In this document: one piece after another, positions 37,701 to 47,973 of the stretch
Position numbering within the stretch: position 1 is the first letter of the stretch
How the letters are laid out: each line of letters opens with the position of its first letter
Assembly: GCA_963664385.1 (NCBI GenBank)
Contig: OY761157.1
Location: forward strand, 1,207,634 to 1,271,633
Reading direction: 5' to 3'
Length of the DNA: 64,000 bases
Origin: Geopsychrobacteraceae bacterium
Lineage (GTDB): Bacteria > Desulfobacterota > Desulfuromonadia > Desulfuromonadales > Geopsychrobacteraceae
The notes under the pieces: generated by a model
Told to the model about the DNA's origin: nothing
Seen by the model: only the letters and a program-made list of their open reading frames with translations
The model's database searches: none
Translations under genes and position numbers: made by a program

Positions 37701-38075
37701 TCAGGCTTCAGCAGCCAGGAGTTCTTCTTTTGAAACAGCTTCAGACTTGATCTTATCCAGCAACTCGGATAGTGCCGCCTTAACATTTTCGCGAATATCG
37801 CCAGCCACCAGAATGTACAACAAATCATCGCCCGGTTTCAGATCACCGCCGAAAGCTTTAACCGCGACACGATAAATCCCTGGAGCATTTTTTTCAAAAT
37901 CGGCACGAATCTCTTCAATCTTGTCATAATCAGGGGTGACCCGTACGCCAACGACTTCTTTTTTATCGCCACGGCTGGTTCCACGTACGATCCCATTATG
38001 ACAGAGAATCATCCCGACGTTTTTAATAAATTCCGGATCCTGCTTCCACGCATTGATCTGTTCCTGCATATTCAT
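37701..38075 (-). CDS. MoaE-like (molybdopterin synthase catalytic-subunit family) small protein
   Basis: The 124-aa protein aligns by eye with the MoaE core (HNGIVRG.., ..LKPGDDLLYILVAGDIRENVKAA..DKIK). It is shorter than E. coli MoaE. The call also rests on context among Moco genes. Confidence 0.5.
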   Translation of the reverse strand: MNMQEQINAWKQDPEFIKNVGMILCHNGIVRGTSRGDKKEVVGVRVTPDYDKIEEIRADFEKNAPGIYRVAVKAFGGDLKPGDDLLYILVAGDIRENVKAALSELLDKIKSEAVSKEELLAAEA

Positions 38076-38100
38076 GACAGCTCCTATATCTTCTCGATAC

Positions 38101-39315
38101 TCAATTTAAGGCTGAGGCAAAATCCATAACCTTTACCTCAGTTCCTGCGTCCAAACCACTACATTTATCATCAAGAATAATTAAACCATCAGCATGAGCC
38201 ATACTGATGTACTGTGAAGTCATCTGTTTTGTAACCGGAGTTGCGGTCACCACCGCCCCGTCATTTTCAAGCTTTACCCTGACAAAGTCCCAGCGCTTTT
38301 CGCGCCCCTTTACGGGTTGTGCCAAGCGGGCGATACGCCCTGCCGGGTGAATGTCCTGGATTCCGCTCAGCTTTCGCAAGACCGGTATCAGGTAAGCCAT
38401 AATGTTGGTCAAGAATGCCGCCGGGTAACCAGGCATTCCCAAAAATAATTTCTGATCACGGCGGGCCACCAACATTGGCCGCCCCGGCTTAATTCTGGTA
38501 CGATCAACCAGCAGGTCAAAACCACTCTGTTGCAGCAACGGCCTGATATAATCAAATTGTCCCATGGAAACACCGCCGGAAGTGACCACCAGATCATTCT
38601 GCCAGGCTAATTGGTCAAGCACCTTGGCAATTACCTCAGGCTTATCCTCAACCGGACCCCGGACGACAACATCCATCCCAAGCTGACGCAGGATATTGCT
38701 CAGCACATAGCTGTTACTTTCGTAGACCATTCCTGGCCGATGGCGCTCTCCAGGCTTAAGCAGTTCATTGCCGGTTATCAAAACGCCAACCCGAGGGCGC
38801 CGGTAGACCTTGACGCGATCGAGACCCAGATAGCACAGAACGCTATGCCGCACAGCATCGAGCCGCACCCCGGCTGGCAACACCAACTGCCCCTTGGCGA
38901 ATTCTTCGCCAATACGATTAATGTTATCACCCGGCTCAGGGGTTTCCTGAATCGTTACCCGCTGTTCTTGCAATGAGGTACTCTCAACGCGAATAACCGC
39001 CTGGGATCCTTCAGGGACTGTTGCGCCAGTCATTACCGCAACAGCATTTGGTCCACTGAGTTCTGCCCGCGGCAGATCCTCGGCGGCTAGCGTATCGAGC
39101 AAATTAAATTCGGAAACATCCAGCGAACCAAGGGCATAGCCGTCGACCGCGCTGCGCATGGTATCAGGAAAAGGGCGTGGTGTTTTTATCTCTGTCGCCA
39201 ACACATGCCCAAAGGTATCACCAATGTCAAGGCTGGTGGTTTCAACGGGTTGAACAGCGTCGAGCAACCGCGCCAGAGCAACAGGATAGGAAAGACTTTG
39301 AACCTCAGCACTCAT
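38101..39315 (-). CDS. moeA: Molybdopterin molybdotransferase MoeA
   Basis: 404 aa with MoeA N/linker domains and a MoCF_biosynth domain (VGVLITGNEL .. TSGGVSMG). Confidence 0.9.
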   Translation of the reverse strand: MSAEVQSLSYPVALARLLDAVQPVETTSLDIGDTFGHVLATEIKTPRPFPDTMRSAVDGYALGSLDVSEFNLLDTLAAEDLPRAELSGPNAVAVMTGATVPEGSQAVIRVESTSLQEQRVTIQETPEPGDNINRIGEEFAKGQLVLPAGVRLDAVRHSVLCYLGLDRVKVYRRPRVGVLITGNELLKPGERHRPGMVYESNSYVLSNILRQLGMDVVVRGPVEDKPEVIAKVLDQLAWQNDLVVTSGGVSMGQFDYIRPLLQQSGFDLLVDRTRIKPGRPMLVARRDQKLFLGMPGYPAAFLTNIMAYLIPVLRKLSGIQDIHPAGRIARLAQPVKGREKRWDFVRVKLENDGAVVTATPVTKQMTSQYISMAHADGLIILDDKCSGLDAGTEVKVMDFASALN

Positions 39316-39320
39316 GGTGA

Positions 39321-40340
39321 TTAACTCCTCCCGAACGGGCAGATTGGATAGTGGCAGACTTTACAGAAGTGACATAACCCGCCATGCCCGGAACGGGCGA
39401 TAGCATCAGGGGAAATTTTTTCTCCAGCGACAATCCTTGGCAGGAAAATGTCAAAGGCAGTGGCCGCAAAAACAAGAGCTGCAGCCGGAATGGCACATAC
39501 GGTCTTTTCCCCGACGTAGCCAATTGTGAAATTGTTGCCTGGTTGAACCGGGTTCCCCTTCTGCGAGAAAGTGATACCGGCATCTTTCATGGCCTGGGTC
39601 GTGACATCATCCGGATCAACCGAGGTTCCACCGGTAATCATCAGCAGATCACTTTTTTCAAGCGCTGAAGTTATCGCCTGACTGATAGTCTCCTGATTAT
39701 CCGGCAAGATATCAGCAACCGTAACCTCAATCCCGAGGGAGGCCATTTTCTTCTTCAATTTAGGGGTAAAACCATCCTTGATCTTACCGCTATAGACTTC
39801 ACTACCGGTGACCAGGATAGCTGCGGTTTTGACCCGATAAGGATCAACCGTTAACAGCGGTTCACTGAGTTCAGCTTTAATCTGATCAAATACCTCTCGG
39901 GGACAGGTCAGGGGGATAATACGGAAGGCTGCAACCTGCTTTCCATCACTAACCGGAAAGTCGGTATGAATAGTTGGCAGGGAGGGAATAGCAAGACGGT
40001 TGATGCGCTCAAGGCGCTCAGGATCGACGCGAAAAATTCCAGGACAAGTCGCATAAAAGCCAATTTTCCCCTCTTTGGGCTCTGCATCATAACGAATATT
40101 TGGCCCGGCGATAAGAGGAGCCAGGCTGCAGGCAGCTTCATTTTCATGAATCTCAACCTCATTCCCCTCCCAGACATAGATATTCTGCTTACCAAGACGA
40201 GCAAGAACCTCAAGATCCTCTTTTTCAATCACATGACCACGGCTGAACGCTACCCCCTTGACCCCTTTATCCACATCAACCACGGTTATGTCGTAGCCTA
40301 AAACCTGCCCTTCTGCCTGTGCCAGAGGTACCTTGATCAT
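39321..40340 (-). CDS. MoeA-related molybdopterin-binding (MoCF_biosynth) protein with a Cys-rich C-terminus
   Basis: MoCF_biosynth core (AAILVTGSEVYSGKIKD .. LLMITGGTSVDPDD) and a C-terminal GHGGLCHFCKVCHYPICPFG. Confidence 0.7.
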   Translation of the reverse strand: MIKVPLAQAEGQVLGYDITVVDVDKGVKGVAFSRGHVIEKEDLEVLARLGKQNIYVWEGNEVEIHENEAACSLAPLIAGPNIRYDAEPKEGKIGFYATCPGIFRVDPERLERINRLAIPSLPTIHTDFPVSDGKQVAAFRIIPLTCPREVFDQIKAELSEPLLTVDPYRVKTAAILVTGSEVYSGKIKDGFTPKLKKKMASLGIEVTVADILPDNQETISQAITSALEKSDLLMITGGTSVDPDDVTTQAMKDAGITFSQKGNPVQPGNNFTIGYVGEKTVCAIPAAALVFAATAFDIFLPRIVAGEKISPDAIARSGHGGLCHFCKVCHYPICPFGRS

Positions 40341-40664
40341 CTTTATTATCTCCTGTCTTCATGATGATGCCAGCTATGCCAACAGCGTTGTCACGATGCG
40401 GCCATTGCACCATTTATTCACCAATCTATGGTTAATCAGATAGCGATAACTATGCCAACTGCCAGATGACTATTCATCTGACGACACGTCTTTATAGCAG
40501 ACTAAAAAACGGAGAGAAACAGGTTGTTCGTAAATTATTTAACAGAAAAGTCTTAAGGAAGATAAATTGAGAGCAGCAGGGATTTCTCATATTGACCCCA
40601 GGCCATGCCAGAATGAGACAAGCGGACAGGAAAAACTCATGCGTATGATTTTATTAACGATATT

Positions 40665-40691
40665 CCCCCGCATCCTTGATAGAATGCGGGG
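40665..40691 (-). terminator. Hairpin after the chemoreceptor gene
   Basis: 8-bp stem CCCCGCAT/ATGCGGGG, 33 nt downstream of the stop. The U-tract is weak. Confidence 0.45.
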
Positions 40692-40723
40692 AACCTTCAT
40701 TCATACAGAACGACTGAATTTGC

Positions 40724-42718
40724 TTAATCCAACAACAACGAACTTCTACCACCGGCAAATCCAGAACTACTCTGACCTTCCAGCCTAAACCGTTTGAGCA
40801 TTTCCTGCAGTCTCTCTGCCTGGCCGGAAAGCTCCTCTGCCGAGGCGGCACTTTCCTCCGCCATAGCCATGTTCTGCTGCGTAACCCGATCAATTTGCTC
40901 TAGGCCGATATTAACCTGCCTGACCCCTTCAGCCTGCTCTTCAGACACAATGGCAATCTCAGCAACCAGGTCGTTTACCTTGTTAACCTCATTCACAATA
41001 TTTTCCAGTTCTTCAGCTGTCTGCCCAGCGATGGTTGATCCTTCAGCGGTAAGATCTGCCGAACCTTCAATCAACTCAGCAGTTTCCCGCGCGGCCTTGG
41101 CGCTTCTGGCTGCCAGATTACGAACTTCTTCTGCAACGACGGCAAAACCTTTCCCGTGCTGACCCGCCCGGGCAGCCTCAACCGCAGCATTAAGAGCCAA
41201 CAGATTGGTCTGAAAGGCAATTTCATCTATGGTTTTGATTATCTTAGAGATATTCTGACTAGAATCCTGGATTTTTGCCATGGCCCGGACCATCTCTTTC
41301 ATACGCTCATTTCCTTCGCCGGCGTATTTTTGAGCACTGGTCGACAATTCCCTGGCCTGACGAGCATTCTCTGCATTGGAACTACTCTGAGAAGCCATCT
41401 CAGTCACTGAAGAAGTAATCTCTTCCAGAGAGGCTGCGGACTCTGAACCACCTTGCGATAATGACTGTGAAGCACCGGCAATTTCAGTACTCCCGGCGTT
41501 GACCCTCTCACTGGCCATGGAAACTTCTGCCATCATTTGATTAAGGTTTTTCAACATCGATTGAAGCGCCTGCCCCAAGGTATCTTTCTCTGAGGATAAG
41601 TTAACATGAACAGTCAAATCTCCCTGAGCAACCTTTTCGACAAGTTCAGCCCTCTCACTCATACTATCAGCCATTTCATTAAGAGCTCTGCTTAAATCTC
41701 CCAATTCATCACTGCGGGTCAGATCAAGACGCTGCGAGGTATCCCCTTCCTTAACTGCTGTCGCAAACGATACTCCGCGTTTGAGGGTTTTGACAATTGG
41801 GGACACCAGCAGGAACAGGAACAGGGCAACCACGACAGCCAGTACCAGAGTGCTGTATAAATTCACATTTCTCACGGTAATCACCGATGAGTAAATATCT
41901 TCAGGAGAAGCAGTGACACCAATTGTCCAACCCGTATATGGCTCAATACCAAACACCAGAATTTTCTCTTCCCCATTCAGTTCATATGAAACAACTTTAC
42001 CGGCATTTTGGGTTTTCATCATTTCTTTGCCAATAGCATAATCTCTGGTATTGACCTTCAATATCCGTTGTTTATCGGGATGAGCAATCAGGACGCCATC
42101 CTTGTCTGTGACAAATCCATACCCCTCCTTACCAATTTTTAACGGATCGATGAATACCTCAGAGAACCCCGAAAGATCGACGGCCGCAAAAATCACTCCG
42201 ATAACCTTTCCATTAGCCTCAACCGGAATCCCAGCAACAAATATCGGATTACCCGTCGAACGGCTGGCGACCGGCTTGGAAATAGACGTCTTGCCAGCCA
42301 TACCATCCTGGAAGTAAGCACGTGTTTTCAGGTTAAGTTTGCCAATGACTGCGACTTCACTCCCTGAAATAACCAACCCATCCTTATTTAGTACTCCGAG
42401 ATTTTCGTAGGCCGGATAATTCGATTTCAAGGTCTGCAGTATTGCATTGGCCGCCTCAACGCCTTCTCCTGTTTGCAAGACCCTTATAACTTCAGCACTC
42501 TTTGACCATGACGACAGGTCAGCTACAATATCGGTTACCCAAGCATCTATTTGCTTATTCGAGGCATCGATGGTCGCTACCATACTATCACTGACAATCT
42601 GGGTAATTGCCTCTTTCGAGTTCCGGTAAGATATAAGCGCAGTTATTAACATGCCGATAATCATAACCACTGTAACCGGTATCAATATTCTGTTTCTTAG
42701 GTTCATTCTAACTTGCAT
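40724..42718 (-). CDS. Methyl-accepting chemotaxis protein with a double-Cache-type periplasmic sensor
   Basis: TM, about 270 aa of Cache-like ectodomain, TM, HAMP, then an MA domain with the conserved hairpin [38 protein letters not shown]. Start set to ATG 42718, with GAGAGGA 9 nt upstream. Confidence 0.9.
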   Translation of the reverse strand: MQVRMNLRNRILIPVTVVMIIGMLITALISYRNSKEAITQIVSDSMVATIDASNKQIDAWVTDIVADLSSWSKSAEVIRVLQTGEGVEAANAILQTLKSNYPAYENLGVLNKDGLVISGSEVAVIGKLNLKTRAYFQDGMAGKTSISKPVASRSTGNPIFVAGIPVEANGKVIGVIFAAVDLSGFSEVFIDPLKIGKEGYGFVTDKDGVLIAHPDKQRILKVNTRDYAIGKEMMKTQNAGKVVSYELNGEEKILVFGIEPYTGWTIGVTASPEDIYSSVITVRNVNLYSTLVLAVVVALFLFLLVSPIVKTLKRGVSFATAVKEGDTSQRLDLTRSDELGDLSRALNEMADSMSERAELVEKVAQGDLTVHVNLSSEKDTLGQALQSMLKNLNQMMAEVSMASERVNAGSTEIAGASQSLSQGGSESAASLEEITSSVTEMASQSSSNAENARQARELSTSAQKYAGEGNERMKEMVRAMAKIQDSSQNISKIIKTIDEIAFQTNLLALNAAVEAARAGQHGKGFAVVAEEVRNLAARSAKAARETAELIEGSADLTAEGSTIAGQTAEELENIVNEVNKVNDLVAEIAIVSEEQAEGVRQVNIGLEQIDRVTQQNMAMAEESAASAEELSGQAERLQEMLKRFRLEGQSSSGFAGGRSSLLLD

Positions 42719-42970
42719 TGCGCAGGATCCTCTCTTGCATTCGCAGATCATGGACGTCCTACTCGCATAAACAATCTGTAGAATGTCCACTAAAGGGTTA
42801 ATATTGCATAACTTTAAGGTGTGTTTTTCGTGATATCCAAGGACCTCTCCCCGTGGATACACATGTGCGCTGAGCCGTATTAGGAATGAATAGGATGGGA
42901 TTCATTGATTAGGCCTTGTTAATTTATTAAGAATTAACAATTTTGTCAATCGCCTTCTCCATATTAAGAG

Positions 42971-43009
42971 AAAAAAAATCCCGACCTTCTGGGAAGATCG
43001 GGATTTTTT
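42971..43009 (-). terminator. Rho-independent terminator (A-run / stem / T-run, potentially bidirectional)
   Basis: AAAAAAAATCCCGAccttctgggaagaTCGGGATTTTTT, 56 nt downstream of the MFS stop. Confidence 0.75.
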
Positions 43010-43064
43010 ACAAGGCCTGCAATAAGCCACCTGACAGATCGTTTTTTGGTCTTAAAATTAAAGA

Positions 43065-44411
43065 CTAAACTTCGCCAGCGGCTGTCGTACGCATATAATT
43101 TTGCAGGATCATGACAATCCCGAAAATGATCAGTGCACCAATACTGTTTACAGTACACATTTTCTGGACCCCCCAGCCGGCTTGCAAACTTAGCCCACCG
43201 ACTAACGGCGCGACCAGAGTTCCGATCTTTCCGACGCCATACGCAAAGCCAATACCACTACCACGCATTTCAGCAGGGTATACAGAAGAAGCCAGCCCCA
43301 TTAGTGACGAGTTGCCACCGTTAACAAACATGCCGGTAAAAATTGACACAACCAGAACAATCAGGAAAGCATGTGAAGCGAAATACCCAAAAGCATTCAG
43401 AGCAATAAAAGCTCCTATGAATAGATACTTTACGACATTAAGCTTGTTGAATTTAGACATACAGCGGCCGATACACAGACAGGCGATGACCGATCCAAGA
43501 TGAATAAAAGCAAACCCGATACTGAATTGCTGAGTTGTAGCACCAGCATCTTTGAGCAATTTTGGCACCCATGAGAACAGGATCCACAACAGGTAGAAAC
43601 TTAAGAAAAACAGAATCCACAGCAGAGTCGTGGTTTTTGCGTACTCTCCGGAGAACATTCCTTTGATTCCGCCGCTTTTCTGTTTACCTTCAGCTTGCTC
43701 CTGAACACTTAAATCAACGGTAGAAAGGTCAATAGCCTGGTCCTTGTCAATCTTTCGGACAATCCCTTTGGCCTTTTCCTGATGGCCACTCTTTACCAGG
43801 TGACTCAAAGATTCAGGAAGCATAACCAGGACCAGAAAAGCAATAACGATAGGAGCCAGACCGCCAACATAGAAGACCGATTGCCAGCCCCAGTGAGGCA
43901 AAAGATAAGATGCAGAGAAAGCAGCAATCATAGCGCCAGTTGGCATACCACCCCACATATAAAGGGACAGGCCAGCACGTAACCGGGAAGGAGCATATTC
44001 GCTACCGAATGCCAGGGCATTGGGGATAACACCGCCCATACCAAGGCCAGCAAGAAAGCGGTAGACACCAAGCTCTGTACAGGTCGTGATATGAACAGTC
44101 ATATAGGTAAAAAAACCAAAAACGAGAGCCGAAAAGAACATGGTCTTTTTGCGGCCATATTTATCAGCGACCATCCCTAAAATAACTGCACCTATCATTG
44201 GTCCGAGTTGCCCGGCACTAACAGCAGCACCGATTTCAGCGGGAGAAACGCTGAGATGAGCCATCATTCCAGGAATAGCAACGCCAATGACAGTCAGATC
44301 AAATCCATCAAAAAAGACGACGATAAAACATAAAACGCAGATACCGATTTGATAAGCGGAAAAAGGAAGATCGTCAAATACCTCATTTACATCAATTGTC
44401 TTCTCCATCAT
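43065..44411 (-). CDS. MFS transporter, aromatic-acid:H+ symporter-like
   Basis: 12-TM MFS. The N-terminal pattern FSAYQIGICVLCFIVVFFDGFDL and the 448-aa length resemble PcaK/BenK-type transporters. The subfamily call is tentative. Confidence 0.7.
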   Translation of the reverse strand: MMEKTIDVNEVFDDLPFSAYQIGICVLCFIVVFFDGFDLTVIGVAIPGMMAHLSVSPAEIGAAVSAGQLGPMIGAVILGMVADKYGRKKTMFFSALVFGFFTYMTVHITTCTELGVYRFLAGLGMGGVIPNALAFGSEYAPSRLRAGLSLYMWGGMPTGAMIAAFSASYLLPHWGWQSVFYVGGLAPIVIAFLVLVMLPESLSHLVKSGHQEKAKGIVRKIDKDQAIDLSTVDLSVQEQAEGKQKSGGIKGMFSGEYAKTTTLLWILFFLSFYLLWILFSWVPKLLKDAGATTQQFSIGFAFIHLGSVIACLCIGRCMSKFNKLNVVKYLFIGAFIALNAFGYFASHAFLIVLVVSIFTGMFVNGGNSSLMGLASSVYPAEMRGSGIGFAYGVGKIGTLVAPLVGGLSLQAGWGVQKMCTVNSIGALIIFGIVMILQNYMRTTAAGEV

Positions 44412-44498
44412 GTAATCTCCTTGAGATTGAAGAACGGATCATGAACAGATGTCTGTTACGTCGCATCATTGCGACGGGCTTTATATTCAAAAAGTAAT

Positions 44499-45083
44499 TT
44501 AATATGCAATCTTTCTCCTGGCGGTATCAGCAAAGACTCCGTAAATCAGAATATCAATCGTTTGTTCCATGGTACTTTGAAAAGTACTGTTGTTTTGAGT
44601 CAAAAACTGATAATCCCCGAGTTCATTAATAGAACCCCGATAAATCTTCCATAAAACCTTCATATTGACGGAACGGAAAACACCCGCACTTACCCCCTGT
44701 TGCAATATTTCTGCAACGCGCTGCCACCTGTCTTCAAAAAAATTTTCGTAGTTTTGCCATTCATCAGGGAGATGACGTTTAATATCAGTGATTGCTCTGG
44801 CACTTAACGGTCCAAGAGCTTTAGGTGACGCCATCATCAGCGCTTTTAACTTATCAATAATATTTAAATTTTCTCTTGCTGTAATGTCAGTAACCTGCTG
44901 CTTTAAATCGCGCAATATCTCATCCAGGACAGCTCCAACCAACTCGTCTTTGGAATCGAAAAGTTCATAAATCTTCCGCTTACTGACGGCCAACTGTGAA
45001 GCGAGCTGGGCCAGGGTAAAACTCAGGCCCTGCTCGTTCATCAGCTGTAGTGTTTCAGACAAGAATCTTTCACGCATAAACAA
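44499..45083 (-). CDS. TetR-family transcriptional regulator
   Basis: N-terminal TetR HTH (FTLAQLASQLAVSKRKIYELFDSKDEL). Size is 194 aa. Confidence 0.9.
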   Translation of the reverse strand: MFMRERFLSETLQLMNEQGLSFTLAQLASQLAVSKRKIYELFDSKDELVGAVLDEILRDLKQQVTDITARENLNIIDKLKALMMASPKALGPLSARAITDIKRHLPDEWQNYENFFEDRWQRVAEILQQGVSAGVFRSVNMKVLWKIYRGSINELGDYQFLTQNNSTFQSTMEQTIDILIYGVFADTARRKIAY

Positions 45084-45099
45084 ACCGATCCGATCCTAC

Positions 45100-45127
45100 G
45101 GTACCCAAATCGTTCCTCGGGTACCGG
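45100..45127. promoter_or_regulatory. Inverted repeat CGGTACCC-N12-GGGTACCG upstream of the TetR gene (candidate operator)
   Basis: Perfect 8-bp arms at 45100-07 and 45120-27, 17 nt upstream of the TetR start codon. Each arm contains the self-palindromic GGTACC. Confidence 0.35.
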
Positions 45128-45158
45128 TTTAAAAAATAGTAAAAGAGTCAGCCAGGCC
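45122..45158 (-). terminator. Hairpin after the OFA-type transporter gene
   Basis: 9-bp stem AAAAGAGTC/GACTCTTTT with a 9-nt loop. On the minus strand a T-rich tract follows (ACTATTTTTTA). Confidence 0.5.
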
Positions 45159-45236
45159 GACTCTTTTACTTAAATGTCAGATATTTGCTTATTCGAAAAA
45201 AGGCTCAAATCCTAGCATATTACAAGAGCCAACCTA

Positions 45237-46490
45237 TCAAGACTTAGCAACTTTAGCGCCAGCGGGATAAGCTTCTGCAGAGCGCTTGTCCATCATCCGG
45301 AAAACAGCAGCAGCAACCAGACCGACGACATTAACACCCAGAGCAATCCAGAAAGCCTGATTGTAATCACCGGTAGCAGCACGAACCTTACCGGCCAACA
45401 GTGGTCCGGACAGGGCAGCAAGACTGAAACCGATGAAGGTTACACCATAGTTAACCCCAAAGTTCTTCATGCCGTAACGCTCACTGATAATCGATGGCAT
45501 AAGACCCATGAAACCACCAAAAACAGCACCGACACCAACACCAGAGGCGACAAAACCAGCGATAGAACCGGTAAATGTCAGATTCAACATAGATACTGCA
45601 GATACGATATACATGATCATCATGGTATTGGAGCGGCCGATTTTATCAGACAAGCCACCAAAACCGATACGACCCACAGCATTAGCAAGAGTAATAACAC
45701 TGACAAAGAAAGCAGCCTTCATTGGTGTCAGATTGAACATTAACTGACCAATTGGTGAAGCATGAGCCAAAACCATCAGACCAGACATGGCACCGCAATA
45801 CAGCATAACCAGGATAACCCACCAGATACCTTCACTAAGCATCTTGGTCCAAGTCACATCATTACCAGAAGGTCTAGCAGCACTAACGGCAGGAGGAGTC
45901 CAACCGGCAGGGGCATAACCGGCTGGTGCCCGCTTGGTGACGGTCAGAGCCAAAGCAATAATGACAAAGAACGCGATACCTAGAATCTGGAAGCAAGCAA
46001 GAATGCCATAAGCAGTGATCAATTTGGCCGCGATAGGTGCCATAACCATAGCACCGCAACCATAACCGGCTGAACAGATACCGGCAGCCAAACCGCGCTT
46101 ATCGGGGAAGAACTTAACGGTGTTAGCTACAGTACCGGCATAAACAACACCACCACCAACACCTGCAATAGTACTGTATGTCAGATACAAAGTACCGATA
46201 GCACCTGAATTGAAACCAGTTAGAACCAAACCGATGGTAAACATCAAACCACCAACAACGATAGTCGCTTTAGATCCGAGTTTATCCTGGATATAGCCGC
46301 CACCAATCATGGAGACAGGGCTTAATCCATGGTTAATAGAGAAAGCTAAACCGAGAGCAGCAGGAGCCCAACCGAACAAGGCTCCGAGAGGTTTAGCGAA
46401 AACACTCCATGCATACAGAGTACCGATACAAAGATTGATAATGACCGCAGCGACGAGAATCAGCCAACGATTATAATTTTGATCTGACAT
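45237..46490 (-). CDS. MFS transporter, oxalate/formate antiporter (OFA)-like
   Basis: 12 TM. The N-terminal NRWLILVAAVIINLCIGTLYAWSVF pattern is typical of OFA-family members. Start set to ATG 46490 (MSDQNYNRW). Confidence 0.8.
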   Translation of the reverse strand: MSDQNYNRWLILVAAVIINLCIGTLYAWSVFAKPLGALFGWAPAALGLAFSINHGLSPVSMIGGGYIQDKLGSKATIVVGGLMFTIGLVLTGFNSGAIGTLYLTYSTIAGVGGGVVYAGTVANTVKFFPDKRGLAAGICSAGYGCGAMVMAPIAAKLITAYGILACFQILGIAFFVIIALALTVTKRAPAGYAPAGWTPPAVSAARPSGNDVTWTKMLSEGIWWVILVMLYCGAMSGLMVLAHASPIGQLMFNLTPMKAAFFVSVITLANAVGRIGFGGLSDKIGRSNTMMIMYIVSAVSMLNLTFTGSIAGFVASGVGVGAVFGGFMGLMPSIISERYGMKNFGVNYGVTFIGFSLAALSGPLLAGKVRAATGDYNQAFWIALGVNVVGLVAAAVFRMMDKRSAEAYPAGAKVAKS

Positions 46491-46733
46491 CTTTCTGTCC
46501 TCTTGTCTAGAGTTGATAGTCCAGAGCTGAGCATTCAAATAAAATAAATTAAATTCCTACGACTTCGCAGATGAGAAGCAGCAGGATACAGGAACATGCA
46601 AAACTCCTCAAAAACATTCAAATTAGATCTAATAAAACTGACACTATTCAAAATGGGCAGATTTTCAACAGTGCTAGAATTTTTGAGCTGTCATTTTTAG
46701 AACGTATTATTTTATAAGTTTCCCGATAAGGAA

Positions 46734-46796
46734 TAAAAAAATTCCTGCCTGCTTTTTTAATATTAGTCATCAACAAATAAATAAAAGTCAGGCAGG
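46734..46796 (-). terminator. Stem-loop plus T7 tract downstream of the small ORF
   Basis: On the minus strand, CCTGCCTGAC..(loop)..GCAGGCAGG is followed by AATTTTTTT, 34 nt after the small-ORF stop. Confidence 0.45.
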
Positions 46797-46829
46797 TAAT
46801 TGCATCCTCAAGGAACTTACAAACAAATA

Positions 46830-46976
46830 TTACTTCTTGTCTTCTTCTTTAAAAGTAATATTTCCGCCTTCATACTCTTTTGAAGGCTTAAATTTGGTAG
46901 AACCATAGTTCTGACCTGGTTTAGCTGCGAGTGGATCGATAGGCTTTTTAACTTTTTTAGGTGTGTTTTCTGACAT
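46830..46976 (-). CDS. Hypothetical 48-aa Lys-rich small protein
   Basis: ATG 46976 is preceded by AAAAGGAGATTAAAA, a strong SD with 7-nt spacing. Product is MSENTPKKVKKPIDPLAAKPGQNYGSTKFKPSKEYEGGNITFKEEDKK. A terminator-like hairpin follows. It is below the ORF-track cutoff and I recognise no family. Confidence 0.5.
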   Translation of the reverse strand: MSENTPKKVKKPIDPLAAKPGQNYGSTKFKPSKEYEGGNITFKEEDKK

Positions 46977-47472
46977 TTTTAATCTCCTTTTTGTTAAATA
47001 ACTATTTGTTGTTGATGATTAAGTTATTTGCAAAAAAGCATCACTACATCAAATAGAATACTGATTTTGTATCGAATAACAATGATAATTTTACAAATAC
47101 AAAACCATTCTTTCATCAGATCAGAAGTGATAATCTGTGTTTTCTAATTCATGATGTGCCGATAATAAACAATAAAACTATTAAATATTTAAGTTCTATA
47201 ACATTTAATAAGATAGAAATGAAAACTTCAGGAAATGGATAAAACCATTACCTGAAAGTAAAAAACACAACCAACTATGTGCCTTTATATTAGTGAGATA
47301 TGTGCTAATCCTTGTCAGCTTCATAAATAATAATAGATAGAAACTGACTAATAAGATCTCTTTTCAAATGGCACTTCCAGTTGAGTCATTTACCTTTCAA
47401 ATCGGTCTCTAAGACTCAAGTCACAATGTGAACTAATAAACACCGATTAAAATCATCTTACTGACAAACTAA

Positions 47473-47502
47473 CCCTGGAAACCTCGATTGAGGTCTCCAG
47501 GG
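47473..47502 (-). terminator. Hairpin after the mini-ferredoxin gene
   Basis: 13-bp stem with one mismatch (CCCTGGAAACCTC/GAGGTCTCCAGGG) and a 4-nt loop, 12 nt after the stop. Confidence 0.5.
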
Positions 47503-47513
47503 AAACATTCCAA

Positions 47514-47849
47514 TTAAGGAACGAAGATAGTAGTTTTTGGACCCAGTTCAGCAGCTCTTTGAGCCAATTCTTCGAGGGTACCATACTCCATGCACTGTGA
47601 CAGGCAGTGATGCACGCAAGAAGGTTTCTTGCCAGCAGCAGTACGATCTGCACACAGGTCACAAAGCTGAGTTGGAACAGCAACATAATCCCACTCAAAT
47701 TTGCCAGGGGTAACTTCCCATGGGCCATTTTCTACGAGCTTGATGCCCCACTTGCCGATTGGCAGCTTGAGATGATTCTTACATGCGACCTCACAGCTGT
47801 GGCAGCCAGTACACCATTGGTAATTAATCAACAATCCGTTTTTGGACAT
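47514..47849 (-). CDS. Small (111-aa) 4Fe-4S ferredoxin-like electron-transfer subunit
   Basis: CTGCHSCEVAC (CxxCxxCxxxC) plus a second Cys group, CDLC..C..C..C. Sits directly downstream of the molybdopterin oxidoreductase gene. Confidence 0.8.
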   Translation of the reverse strand: MSKNGLLINYQWCTGCHSCEVACKNHLKLPIGKWGIKLVENGPWEVTPGKFEWDYVAVPTQLCDLCADRTAAGKKPSCVHHCLSQCMEYGTLEELAQRAAELGPKTTIFVP

Positions 47850-47973
47850 TTTGTTCCTCCAATCATCATAGTTTTCGGTTCGGAAGCAACTTCCGTTCCC
47901 TCAAGCGTTGCCGGTCCGGGTCGAACAGTATCGGCCCGAGACCGGCCAATCAAATGCAAACAGACTCTGTTTC

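Noticed and set aside
40567-40788. 73-aa plus-strand ORF
   Set aside because: It overlaps the chemoreceptor 3' end and its terminator hairpin. It has no SD and no recognisable features.
47369-47383. TGGCAC hexamer on the plus strand (TGGCACttccaGTTG)
   Set aside because: The GC dinucleotide is missing at the -12 position, and no plus-strand gene lies downstream.
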